Shown: piece after piece, positions 24,083 to 32,000 of the stretch
Layout of the letters: each line of letters starts with the position of its first letter
Numbering within the stretch: position 1 is the stretch's first letter
DNA from: Thermococcus kodakarensis KOD1
Lineage (GTDB): Archaea; Methanobacteriota_B; Thermococci; Thermococcales; Thermococcaceae
Direction: 5' to 3'
Assembly: GCF_000009965.1 (NCBI RefSeq)
Contig: NC_006624.1
Location: 240,001-272,000, forward strand
DNA: 32,000 nt
Position numbers and translations under genes: made by a program
Notes under the pieces: model-generated
The model's input: only the letters and a program-made list of their open reading frames with translations
What the model was told of the DNA's origin: nothing
Database searches by the model: none

Positions 24083-26267
24083 AGACGTCCTGCTCCTTCG
24101 GCGGGTTGGGGTCGAGACCCTTCCTCTGGCGTATCTGTCTGATTATCTGCTGGGCAAGCTCGTTTGGAACGCGCTTGAAGCCAGCGTGCTCCGTTGTCCA
24201 GAGGGCCTTACCGCTGGTGGCTCCACGGATGGCTCCAGCGAATCCGAACATCTCCGCAACTGGAGCCTCGCCGATGATGATCATGACCTCGCCCTCCTGC
24301 CTCATGTCAATGAGCTGACCGCGCCTCTGGTTGAGCTCCCTGCTGACGGCACCCATGTACTCGTAGGGCACGTTGATGATGACCTTCTGGTACGGCTCGT
24401 AGAGGACAGGTCCAGCCTTCATCATGGCGCAGTGGATAGCGCTTCTGATGGCCGGGTAGATCTGGGCCGGACCGCGGTGGACGTTGTCCTCGTGGATCTT
24501 GGCGTCGTGGAGCCTGACGATGACCTTCATGACGGGCTCCTTGGCGAGCGGTCCCTCATCCATGGCCTGGTGGAAACCGTCGACGAGGAGGTCCATGACC
24601 TCGTTGAGGTACTGGATACCCTTGGTGTTGTCAAGGAACATGTTGCCGTTGTAAATGTCGACGATACCCTTGGCAATTTCGTAGTCCATGCCGAGCTCGG
24701 CGAGCTTCTTGGCGACGGCCTTCGGGTCCTTCGGCCTGCCCTCGGGAATCTCGCCCTCCCTGATCGCCTGGTAGATTTCATCCGGCATCGGCTCGACTGT
24801 GATGTAGAACCTGTTGTGCTTGTTCGGGGACTTGCCCTCGACGATCGGGCTCTGCTTGGTGACGCTCTCGCGGTAGACGACGATCGGCGGTGAAACTTCT
24901 ACATCGAGCTTCCATTCGGTCTTGAGCCTGTGGAGCTTGACCTCAAGGTGGAGCTCACCCATACCGCTGAGGAGGTGCTGGCCGGTCTCCTCGTCGATCT
25001 TGACGTGGAGCGTCGGGTCCTCCTTGGCGAGCTGCCTGAGGGCCTCAACGAGCTTCGGAAGGTCCTTAACGTTCTTGGCCTCGATAGCAACGGTAACAAC
25101 CGGCTCGCTGGTGTAGTGGAGGGCCTCAAACGGCTCGATCTGCTGGACTGAAACGGTCTCACCGGCCATAGCATCGCGGAGGCCAGTAACGGCGACGATG
25201 TTTCCAGCGGGAACGGCCTCCATGTTGATCCTCTCGGGACCCATGTAGATACCGACCTGCTGGATCCTGGCCTTCCTCTTGCTGTTGATGAGGTAGACCT
25301 CCTGACCGGTCTTAACGGTACCGCTCCAGACACGGCCGGTAGCGACCTCACCGGCGTGCTTGTCGAGGATGATCTTGGTAACGACCATGGTCATCGGGCC
25401 CTTCGGGTCGCAGTTCATCATGGCCTGGCCGACGTCGCTGTTGATGTCGCCCCTCCAGAGGTGCGGGATCCTGTACTTCTGGGCCTCGAGCGGGTTCGGG
25501 AGGTGCTTAACGACCATATCCAGGACGACGACGTGGAGCGGGGCCTTCTTCCTGAGGGTCTTGAGGTCACCGGCGTTGGTGAGGTCGATGATGTCCTTGA
25601 AAGAAACACCTGTCTTCTTCATGTAGGGAACGCTGAGGGCCCAGTTGTAGTAAGCGCTACCGAAGGCGACACTACCGTCCTCGACCTTAACGAGCCACTT
25701 GTCCTTGAACTCTGGCGGAGCGTACCTCCTGATAAGCCTGTTCACGTCGGTGATGACCTTGACGAAGCGCTCCTGCATCTGCTGGGGAGTAAGCTTGAGC
25801 TCCTTGATGAGTCTGTCAACCTTGTTGATGAAGAGAACCGGCTTGACGTACTCCCTGAGGGCCTGCCTGAGAACGGTCTCGGTCTGGGGCATGACACCCT
25901 CAACGGCGTCGACAACTATAATCGCACCGTCTATGGCACGCATGGCCCTGGTAACGTCACCACCAAAGTCGACGTGACCCGGAGTGTCAATGAGGTTGAT
26001 GAGGTAGTCGTTGCCCTCGTAGTTGTGAACCATCGAAACGTTTGCCGCGTTGATGGTGATACCCCTCGCCTGCTCCTGCTCGTCGAAGTCAAGGACGAGC
26101 TGCTTTCCGGCGAGCTCCTCGCTGATCATTCCAGCACCGGCGAGCAGGTTGTCGCTCAGAGTGGTCTTACCGTGGTCAATGTGAGCGGCGATACCCATGT
26201 TCCTGATCCTCTCAGGCTGGGTCATCAATTCCTTAATCTTCGCAATCATCTCTTCCCTTCTTCCCAT
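24069..26267 (-). CDS. fusA: Translation elongation factor 2 (aEF-2)
   Basis: [27 protein letters not shown] and NKVD are present, along with the diphthamide-region motif [11 protein letters not shown]. Length is 732 aa. Confidence 0.97.
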   Translation of the reverse strand: MGRREEMIAKIKELMTQPERIRNMGIAAHIDHGKTTLSDNLLAGAGMISEELAGKQLVLDFDEQEQARGITINAANVSMVHNYEGNDYLINLIDTPGHVDFGGDVTRAMRAIDGAIIVVDAVEGVMPQTETVLRQALREYVKPVLFINKVDRLIKELKLTPQQMQERFVKVITDVNRLIRRYAPPEFKDKWLVKVEDGSVAFGSAYYNWALSVPYMKKTGVSFKDIIDLTNAGDLKTLRKKAPLHVVVLDMVVKHLPNPLEAQKYRIPHLWRGDINSDVGQAMMNCDPKGPMTMVVTKIILDKHAGEVATGRVWSGTVKTGQEVYLINSKRKARIQQVGIYMGPERINMEAVPAGNIVAVTGLRDAMAGETVSVQQIEPFEALHYTSEPVVTVAIEAKNVKDLPKLVEALRQLAKEDPTLHVKIDEETGQHLLSGMGELHLEVKLHRLKTEWKLDVEVSPPIVVYRESVTKQSPIVEGKSPNKHNRFYITVEPMPDEIYQAIREGEIPEGRPKDPKAVAKKLAELGMDYEIAKGIVDIYNGNMFLDNTKGIQYLNEVMDLLVDGFHQAMDEGPLAKEPVMKVIVRLHDAKIHEDNVHRGPAQIYPAIRSAIHCAMMKAGPVLYEPYQKVIINVPYEYMGAVSRELNQRRGQLIDMRQEGEVMIIIGEAPVAEMFGFAGAIRGATSGKALWTTEHAGFKRVPNELAQQIIRQIRQRKGLDPNPPKEQDVCPQQ

Positions 26268-26375
26268 AATACACCACCTACTCTCTTGAATGAGCTTGTC
26301 GGCTTAACTTAAAAGGCCCAGTTATAAAGCTTTTCCCAGTTGAGAATTGAGAGTGACGTGGTGATTTTGGATCAC

Positions 26376-26726
26376 TTAAGGGTTTTGGATGTAAGAAGAG
26401 ATGACTCCCAGTACTTCCTCTAAAGTGATTTCTGATGATGGAAGCACGTTCTTCTCACTACCGACGTGTTTATGGTGTGGGAACGTGGGAAGATCCTTGT
26501 GGTGCGGTGCATTGTCCCACCTTATTATCAGCTCACTGTCCCTCTGCCATTGAAAGGAGTAGTTGTACTCCTCGTTGGATACGAACTCTCGAATATGGAG
26601 AACACTTCCATCAATTAGCTCCGCGCGTATCTTCAGAAAATAGAAATCTGAACCTTCTTTGTAGTCGAGTATCTCATAGGATCTAACCATCTCGCTTTTC
26701 TCAAGCAATTCTAACTCTCTGAGCAT
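26376..26726 (-). CDS. Small protein resembling the DUF6516/TumE-like putative toxin family
   Basis: About 116 aa with YSFQWQ...IIRWDNAPHHKDLPTFPHHKHVG, the histidine-rich motif I associate with DUF6516/TumE-type proteins (from memory, unverified). It overlaps the upstream small gene. The start is ATG 26726 or ATG 26690. Confidence 0.55.
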   Translation of the reverse strand: MLRELELLEKSEMVRSYEILDYKEGSDFYFLKIRAELIDGSVLHIREFVSNEEYNYSFQWQRDSELIIRWDNAPHHKDLPTFPHHKHVGSEKNVLPSSEITLEEVLGVISSYIQNP

Positions 26727-26973
26727 TCTCAATCTCCCGCAGCTTCTTTTGAAGCTCTCTGAACTTTCTAACGTAAGCCTTCCACTCTATGTAATCGTCC
26801 CACGCTTCAAAACTCTCGTTCTCTTCTCTTATCCTTCTCTCGAACTCTTCAAAACTCACACCGTACTTTCTCTCGAACTCTGATATTCTCTCTCGTATCG
26901 GGGCCAACTCAGAAATCAGCTTGAGCTTCTCATACATGAGTATCTCATCTTTGGTAACCACTACCTCACTCAT
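26701..26973 (-). CDS. Small acidic/basic helical protein, putative antitoxin-like partner
   Basis: It is 90 aa from ATG 26973, with GGGTGAG upstream. It is predicted helical or coiled-coil (ISEFERKYGVSFEEFERRIREENESFEAWDDYIEWKAYVRKFRELQKKL). Its stop overlaps or abuts the downstream gene. Confidence 0.5.
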   Translation of the reverse strand: MSEVVVTKDEILMYEKLKLISELAPIRERISEFERKYGVSFEEFERRIREENESFEAWDDYIEWKAYVRKFRELQKKLREIENAQRVRIA

Positions 26974-27006
26974 ACTTCTCACCCGAACGAGTATTGAGGC
27001 ACTGGT

Positions 27007-28080
27007 CTAAAAAAGCTTTTTCGGGAACGCTTCCACGTCCTCTCTTACGTCCTCCCTCGCGTAGACGCACCATCTCCAGTACACGTCCTTCATCTCCACG
27101 AGGGATCTGACGAGGGGAGAGACCTCACTGAGCCTCTTCGTCTCGCTTCCAATCTTCACGAAGGCGTTCCTTTCCTCGTACTTGGGTTTTGGCGGGTAGT
27201 CTAAGAGGGCAGAATAACCAAACTCTTCTTGAAGCTCTCTTTTCAGGGTTGAAATTGTCTTTTCATCAAGCTCCCTATTTGAGCAGTAAGCCCTCTTGTA
27301 GAGCTTCCTGTCGTCTATGGCCCTTATAAGCTCCCTAACTTCCGGCTTTTCGCTACTTCTGAGCCTCGAAACTAGGTCTATCTCATCCATGATACGGATC
27401 TCCTCTAAGGATATCCCTTCAATCTCGACGGCCTTTCTCAGCATGGCCTCCGCTATCTTCGCCGTATGGTGGAAGTAAACGGTCGGGTACATCATGGCCC
27501 TCGAAAGCAGGAGGTTCTGGGCCGCCATTATTCCTTTTTCCTCAACCACGAGCATTTTCCCATCGAACTTCAGGTTCCTCACGAGCCGTTCGAGGTCAAC
27601 GACGCCGTAGGCTGCCCCGGTGTAGTAAGCGTCCCTGACCAGATAATCCATCCTGTCTGCGTCTATGTCACCGCTGACGATTGGATGCTTTAAGAGCTTC
27701 TTAAACTCCTGGGTCGAATAGTTCTCCTTGATTACGTCTCCGACGCTTCCATGTTCTATAACCCAGAGCGTGTTTTCCTCGTGCCTCGGGTAGAGGCCCT
27801 CAAGGGTGTGCGAGAACGGGTAGTGTCCTATGTCGTGGAGGAGCGCCGCGTATAATGCCCCTTCCTCTATTTCCGGATTGTGAGCGCGAATCTTCTTTGC
27901 GAGGTGGAAGGTTCCAAGTGAATGCTCAAAACGGGTGTGCCTCGCTGAGGGGTACGCCAAAAAAGCGAAGCCGAGCTGGGTTATCCTCCTAAGCCTCTGA
28001 AACTCTGGGGTGTCCACGAGCTTCCTCGCGAACTCATCGAGCTCGATGTAGCCGTGAACCGGGTCGTGGACAAGCTTCAT
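27007..28080 (-). CDS. HD-domain phosphohydrolase, SAMHD1/dGTPase-like (dNTP triphosphohydrolase family)
   Basis: KLVHDPVHGYIEL...TPEFQRLRRITQLG...ARHTRFEHSLGTFHLA...LLHDIGHYPFSH...DADRMDYLVRD are family motifs. GGAGG lies upstream of the ATG. Confidence 0.85.
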   Translation of the reverse strand: MKLVHDPVHGYIELDEFARKLVDTPEFQRLRRITQLGFAFLAYPSARHTRFEHSLGTFHLAKKIRAHNPEIEEGALYAALLHDIGHYPFSHTLEGLYPRHEENTLWVIEHGSVGDVIKENYSTQEFKKLLKHPIVSGDIDADRMDYLVRDAYYTGAAYGVVDLERLVRNLKFDGKMLVVEEKGIMAAQNLLLSRAMMYPTVYFHHTAKIAEAMLRKAVEIEGISLEEIRIMDEIDLVSRLRSSEKPEVRELIRAIDDRKLYKRAYCSNRELDEKTISTLKRELQEEFGYSALLDYPPKPKYEERNAFVKIGSETKRLSEVSPLVRSLVEMKDVYWRWCVYAREDVREDVEAFPKKLF

Positions 28081-28113
28081 CTCGTGGCCTCCTGGAAAAA
28101 TAAGGGAAAGAGG

Positions 28114-29193
28114 TCAACTCAGCTCTTTTTCAACTTTCTCCAGTCCTTCAGCGTAAACGTCGTTGAGCACCTTCAGGAACTCGCTCGCGGTAACGACGTC
28201 CCTTACGTCTATCCTCTCGTACTTTGTGTGGGAGATGTCGAGGTTGCCGGGACCGAAGACTATTGTTCTGGTTCCGTTGTACATGAAGTTGATCGCATCG
28301 GTCCAGCTCCTCATGCCGCCGAACTCATCGAGGCCGACCTTCTTCATCGCGGCTTTGGCCAGCTGGACTATCTCCTCATCTGGATCAAGCTCGTAGCCGT
28401 CCCATATCTCCGTGTACTCATACTTCAGCGTGTACTCGTCGAGGATTGGATCCATGAGGTCGAGAACGTCCTCGACTTCCTGATCCGGTAAAAGCCTTGC
28501 CTCAAGGCGGCCTTTACACAGGGCCGGGATGAGATAAACCGGGTTCTCGCAGAGGAGCTCCTGAATGCCGATATGGGGATCGAAGTACTTGCCCTTCTGC
28601 TTGAAGGGTTCAAGGTTCTTCAGCTCGTTGAGCATCTTGTAGGTCTCTTCAATAGCGTTGACACCGCTCTCTGGACAGGCACCGTGGGCTTCCTTGCCGT
28701 CAACCTCAAAGTAGGCCTCGATGTTGCCTGCGTGGGCTATATGGACTTCAAGGTCGGTGGGCTCGAGAACAACCGCCATCTTCGGCCTATACCTCTCCAT
28801 GAAGAGAGCCGAACCCCTACCGCCGAGCTCTTCGTCACTGACGAAGACGACGCCGACGTTCAGGTCTTTGCCCTCTTTCTTCAGGCTCTCCATCATGAGG
28901 AGTATTGCAGCCGCTCCACCCTTGATGTCGCTCGCGCCGGTTCCGTAGATGATGTTGCCCCTCACGAAGGGCTCAGCCCTTATCGGGATCGTGTCGACGT
29001 GAACCTCGTAGAAAAGCTCAGCATCTGGATTCACGACGAGGTCAATTATCTCGCCGTCGCTCTCGATGTGAACGTCGTAGTCAAGCCTGTGGAGAAACTC
29101 CATGATGTGGAGCATTATCCTGTCCTCCTGCCCGGAGGGAGAGGGTATCTTCAAGAGCTGAAGGAGGATCTCCTTCGCGCGTTCAGTCTTCAT
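28114..29193 (-). CDS. M20 family metallopeptidase/deacylase (ArgE/DapE/LysK-like)
   Basis: HVDTIP, GTGASDIKGG, SDEELGG and HGACPESGVNA motifs are present. ATG 29193 is preceded by AGGTGA; the track start at 29202 is a GTG. Confidence 0.85.
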   Translation of the reverse strand: MKTERAKEILLQLLKIPSPSGQEDRIMLHIMEFLHRLDYDVHIESDGEIIDLVVNPDAELFYEVHVDTIPIRAEPFVRGNIIYGTGASDIKGGAAAILLMMESLKKEGKDLNVGVVFVSDEELGGRGSALFMERYRPKMAVVLEPTDLEVHIAHAGNIEAYFEVDGKEAHGACPESGVNAIEETYKMLNELKNLEPFKQKGKYFDPHIGIQELLCENPVYLIPALCKGRLEARLLPDQEVEDVLDLMDPILDEYTLKYEYTEIWDGYELDPDEEIVQLAKAAMKKVGLDEFGGMRSWTDAINFMYNGTRTIVFGPGNLDISHTKYERIDVRDVVTASEFLKVLNDVYAEGLEKVEKELS

Positions 29194-29346
29194 TTGGGTC
29201 ACCTAATCAGATTGGGGGGCTGGGTTTATAAACGTCTCTTTGTAACATCTTAGGGCGATGAAGAGATTCATCCCTCCTGACGGGGACTCGCTCCCCCCGA
29301 GATGAAGACGCGGTCCCCCCTCGAGCCCCTTTCTGGAGGTGAAATA

Positions 29347-30069
29347 ATGGGTGCAAGTCCCGGCAGGGGCTTTCCCAGCAAGCTCATCCCGATTGAGGTT
29401 CCGCCCCACGTTGTTATGCTCCGTGGAATAGGGCGGGACTCCAACATCTACCTAGTCAGAGACGAAGAGGAAGCCCTTATAATTGACACTGGGACTGGAA
29501 TAAACTGGCACCTTTACACTGAAATCTGGGAGAGAGAGGGCTACCTTACCGATGTGGAGCACGTAACGATTTTCAACACGCACGAGCACTTTGACCACGT
29601 TGGGGGAAACAAGGTTCTGCAACGCTGGCTGGAAGAGCGTGGAATTGAGGTGTCTTTTGCCGCACACAAGATAACAGCAAACGTGCTCGAACGCGGTGAC
29701 GAAGGTGTGATCCTGTCGTACTTTTACGGCAGGCGGTTTGAGCCACATCAAGTAGACTTCAAGCTTGAAGATGGAGACAAACTGAATGTCAGCTCGCTTG
29801 AGCTTTTGGTTGTCCACACTCCCGGCCACACCGCTGGAAGCTCCTGCCTTTACCTCGACGACGGAAAGCACAGGGTCATGTTCACGGGCGACACGGTCTT
29901 CAAGGGGACAGTCGGCAGGACGGATCTCCCGACTGGAGATGGCTGGGCGCTCAGGGAGAGCCTGGAGAGATTGGCTGAGTTTGACGTTGACTTCGGCTTC
30001 CCAGGGCACGGCGACTACATAAGGGACTGGAAAGAGAACTTAAGGGAAGTCTTGAGGTGGCTCCCATGA
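29347..30069 (+). CDS. MBL-fold metallo-hydrolase (glyoxalase II-like)
   Basis: IIDTGTG, NTHEHFDHVGGN, HTPGHTAGS, TGDTVF and PGHG are present. I chose ATG 29347 because of the strong GGAGGTGA 5 nt upstream; alternatives are 29302 and 29416. Confidence 0.85.
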   Translation: MGASPGRGFPSKLIPIEVPPHVVMLRGIGRDSNIYLVRDEEEALIIDTGTGINWHLYTEIWEREGYLTDVEHVTIFNTHEHFDHVGGNKVLQRWLEERGIEVSFAAHKITANVLERGDEGVILSYFYGRRFEPHQVDFKLEDGDKLNVSSLELLVVHTPGHTAGSSCLYLDDGKHRVMFTGDTVFKGTVGRTDLPTGDGWALRESLERLAEFDVDFGFPGHGDYIRDWKENLREVLRWLP

Positions 30070-30311
30070 GAAAGGGCTCCGTTAAGGAAGTGCTGGCGAA
30101 GATAAAGTACGACCCGCGGGAGAAGGAGGAGGACTACTACGTTGTCATCGAGCACAGGGGGGCTTATGGTGGGGAAAAGAAAATACCGGTCGAGCTTATC
30201 GAGCTCGGACACGGCTACTTCTTCGTTGGAGAAGCCCAGATACCCTACCACAGAATCCTGCGCGTCGTTAGAAAGGATGGAAAAGTCATCTGGGAGACGA
30301 AGAAGCTATAG
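30066..30311 (+). CDS. DUF504 / MJ1316-type RNA cyclic-phosphate-end recognition domain protein
   Basis: VLAKIKYDP...YYVVIEHRG...IPYHRILRVVRKDGKVIWETKK fits the PF04457 pattern as I remember it. There is an ATGA start/stop overlap with the upstream MBL gene (30066-30069), and GAGGTGG lies upstream. Confidence 0.7.
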   Translation: MRKGSVKEVLAKIKYDPREKEEDYYVVIEHRGAYGGEKKIPVELIELGHGYFFVGEAQIPYHRILRVVRKDGKVIWETKKL

Positions 30312-31283
30312 TATAACTTCAAACTCAGACGTGAGCAGGCCCCACTCCTTCTTCTCAAAGGCATCCGGATTGGCGCTTACTATGATGTACCCATTGTAGA
30401 CCATGGCAGCGTCCTTTACGTAGAGCAGAAAATCCATTGCATCCTTGAAGCCAAGTTCAACAACCAGGTAACCAACATTCTGGACAAACACAACTCCCTG
30501 CTTTCCGTTTTCTTTTGCAGATTTGAGGAACTTAAGGAGCTCGCCTTTGAGTTCGGGGACGAACTTTGGGGGCACTACCTTCCCGGGGTATTCCTCTGAG
30601 ATTTTTGAGACCCATATCACGTTGTCTATCTCAGTGAGCTCTCTAAACTTGTCCGGGTGCTCCCTTATAACTGCTATCACTTCCCTGTTTTCCGTCAGCA
30701 TATCTAAGAGAATGTACTTTGCTTTCTCGTCGTCGGTTACCAGATAAGCACCCGATCCTAGCCTCTCTATAAAGACGTGCCTGCGCTCAAAGGAGATAAC
30801 GATATCGTAGACCTTCTTTATCTCTTCGTAGTGTTTCTGCTCAATCTGTGAAAGCTCGAAGGCTATTCCCCGGACATCTTCGTTCTCGGCAACGCCAGCC
30901 AATATTTCATAAGTCCTCTTTGCGAAGAGCTCGCTCTCCATGCAGTACTCCAGCGCCCTTATGTAGTCCTCAACCTTTTCAAACTCAGGATAGAATGGAT
31001 AGACCTCCACTGGGGGAACATCTACCTTAACGGGCTCCTCTCCTGGAAAGAGCCGCTCAAACGTCCTTCTGAGGAGGAGTTCATGCCCCTTGCTCTCCCT
31101 GCTCATCTTTTTAAACAGGGCTCTCACACTCTTTCTTTTCGCCTTCTCGGCAAGTTCGGCATAGTATTTTGCCTCGTCCTCCTCATTGAAGATAGCATAG
31201 CTCAGAAGCTCCTTTGGGCTGAGTCTCTTTAACCTCTCAATTATCTCGTTCATGATAACCTGGGGGTTGGGGTGAGAAGTCAT
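30306..31283 (-). CDS. Fusion protein: N-terminal ferritin/rubrerythrin-like four-helix domain plus C-terminal DUF835-like domain
   Basis: The N-terminal half has paired helices with E...ExxH-like motifs (SRESKGHE, SQIEQKHYEE). The C-terminal half (EVIAVIREHPDKFRELTEIDNVIWVSKISE...GYLV...GYIIVSANPDAF) resembles DUF835. AGGTG lies upstream of ATG 31283. Confidence 0.55.
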   Translation of the reverse strand: MTSHPNPQVIMNEIIERLKRLSPKELLSYAIFNEEDEAKYYAELAEKAKRKSVRALFKKMSRESKGHELLLRRTFERLFPGEEPVKVDVPPVEVYPFYPEFEKVEDYIRALEYCMESELFAKRTYEILAGVAENEDVRGIAFELSQIEQKHYEEIKKVYDIVISFERRHVFIERLGSGAYLVTDDEKAKYILLDMLTENREVIAVIREHPDKFRELTEIDNVIWVSKISEEYPGKVVPPKFVPELKGELLKFLKSAKENGKQGVVFVQNVGYLVVELGFKDAMDFLLYVKDAAMVYNGYIIVSANPDAFEKKEWGLLTSEFEVIL

Positions 31284-31318
31284 TGATCACACCTACCATT
31301 CTTAATATTCACAAACTA

Positions 31319-31336
31319 ACAGAAAAGCTTTTCTGT
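31319..31336. promoter_or_regulatory. Perfect 18-nt palindrome in a divergent promoter region
   Basis: ACAGAAAAGCTTTTCTGT lies between the DUF835-fusion gene start (31283, minus) and the tatD start (31376, plus), just downstream of an AT-rich TTAATATT element. Confidence 0.45.
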
Positions 31337-31375
31337 GGAGGGCGATTCTGGGAACGGGAGAGAAGATGATAGACG

Positions 31376-32000
31376 CCCACTGCCACATTGAGATGTTCAA
31401 GGGGAGAGCAGGCGAGGTGGTCGAGGAGAGCAAAAAGCACCTTAAGGCGGTCGTGGACTCGATAACTGAATACAGGAAGTTCCACGTCTGGAAGAGCTGG
31501 GAACTGCTGGAGCCATACTTTGGCTTCGTCTTCCCAACGCTCGGCTACGCGCCCAACGAAGCTAGGAGGGGCAACTGGGAGAAAGTTAAAAGGGTCGAGG
31601 AGTTCATACGTGAGCACGCCGATGAGATAGTGGCCGTTGGGGAGATAGGCCTCGACTTCTACTACGCTAAAACCGAGGAAGAAAGGAAGAACCAGCGGGA
31701 GATATTCCACCACTTCCTGAATCTTGCCGTCGAACTCGACAAACCCGTCGTCCTGCACGCGAGGGATGCTGAGAGGGAGGTTTTTGAAGCGATCCAGAGG
31801 GCTGGAGTTAAAGCCTACTTCCACTCCTACAGCGGGCCTGCGGAGCTTGCCCTGGAGATAGTTGGGAACGGCCACATCATCGGGATAAACACGGGGATAG
31901 ACTTCATTCCAGAGGTGAGAAAGGCCGCCGAAGTGCTCCCTCTTGAAAGCATCGTCGTTGAAACGGACGCTCCTTACATGAGCCCCTACAAGGGTGAGAA
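31376..32000 (+). CDS. tatD: TatD family metal-dependent hydrolase/DNase (C-terminus beyond the window)
   Basis: MIDAHCHIE, GEIGLDFYY, VVLHARDA, FHSYSG and VETDAPYM motifs are present. It is absent from the ORF track because it is open at the window edge. The listed antisense ORF 31309-31875 is its shadow. Confidence 0.88.

Noticed and set aside
24186-26312. Long plus-strand ORFs (235 and 318 aa, rich in D/V/L/G) and Ser/Thr/Arg-rich minus-strand ORFs within 22520-25609.
   Set aside because: They are shadow frames of the highly expressed, strongly codon-biased EF-2 and EF-1alpha genes, with low-complexity composition.
31309-31875. 188-aa minus-strand ORF.
   Set aside because: It is antisense to a clear TatD-family gene (MIDAHCHIE...GEIGLDFYY...VETDAPYM) that the track omits because it is open-ended.

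Overview
The window looks like a Thermococcales-type (hyperthermophilic euryarchaeal) chromosome segment. Evidence: GGTGA/GGAGG ribosome-binding sites, TTTATAAA-type TATA boxes about 25-30 nt upstream of RNA genes, very GC-rich stable RNAs in a moderate-GC background, and archaeal EF-2/EF-1alpha/S10. I support about 33 protein genes, 3 tRNAs (Leu-GAG, Lys-CUU, Ser-GGA), an SRP (7S) RNA and one candidate C/D-box sRNA. Housekeeping core: EF-2, EF-1alpha, S10 and tRNA-Ser; pyrH; an NADH-oxidase-family flavoprotein; nadB-nadA; a DEAD-box helicase; KptA/Tpt1; MptE; TatD. Items worth a second look: (1) a glycyl-radical enzyme operon with an eliminase-type Cys-x-Glu active site and a coupled third gene; (2) an NSS-family transporter cut by a single in-frame TAG; (3) a stand-alone TnpB (IS200/IS605 OrfB) with a right-end hairpin, followed by a small accessory patch holding a 25-aa hydrophobic ORF and a gene broken at a G6 run; (4) two tandem paralogous sequon-rich surface proteins with near-identical termini and divergent cores; (5) a roughly 680-nt non-coding stretch between the SRP RNA and tRNA-Leu packed with perfect hairpins and a 30-nt direct repeat; (6) a toxin-antitoxin-like pair wedged next to the EF-2 operon; (7) a translationally coupled MBL hydrolase and DUF504 pair. 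No CRISPR array or rRNA was seen. All family assignments come from motif reading and memory. No searches were run.
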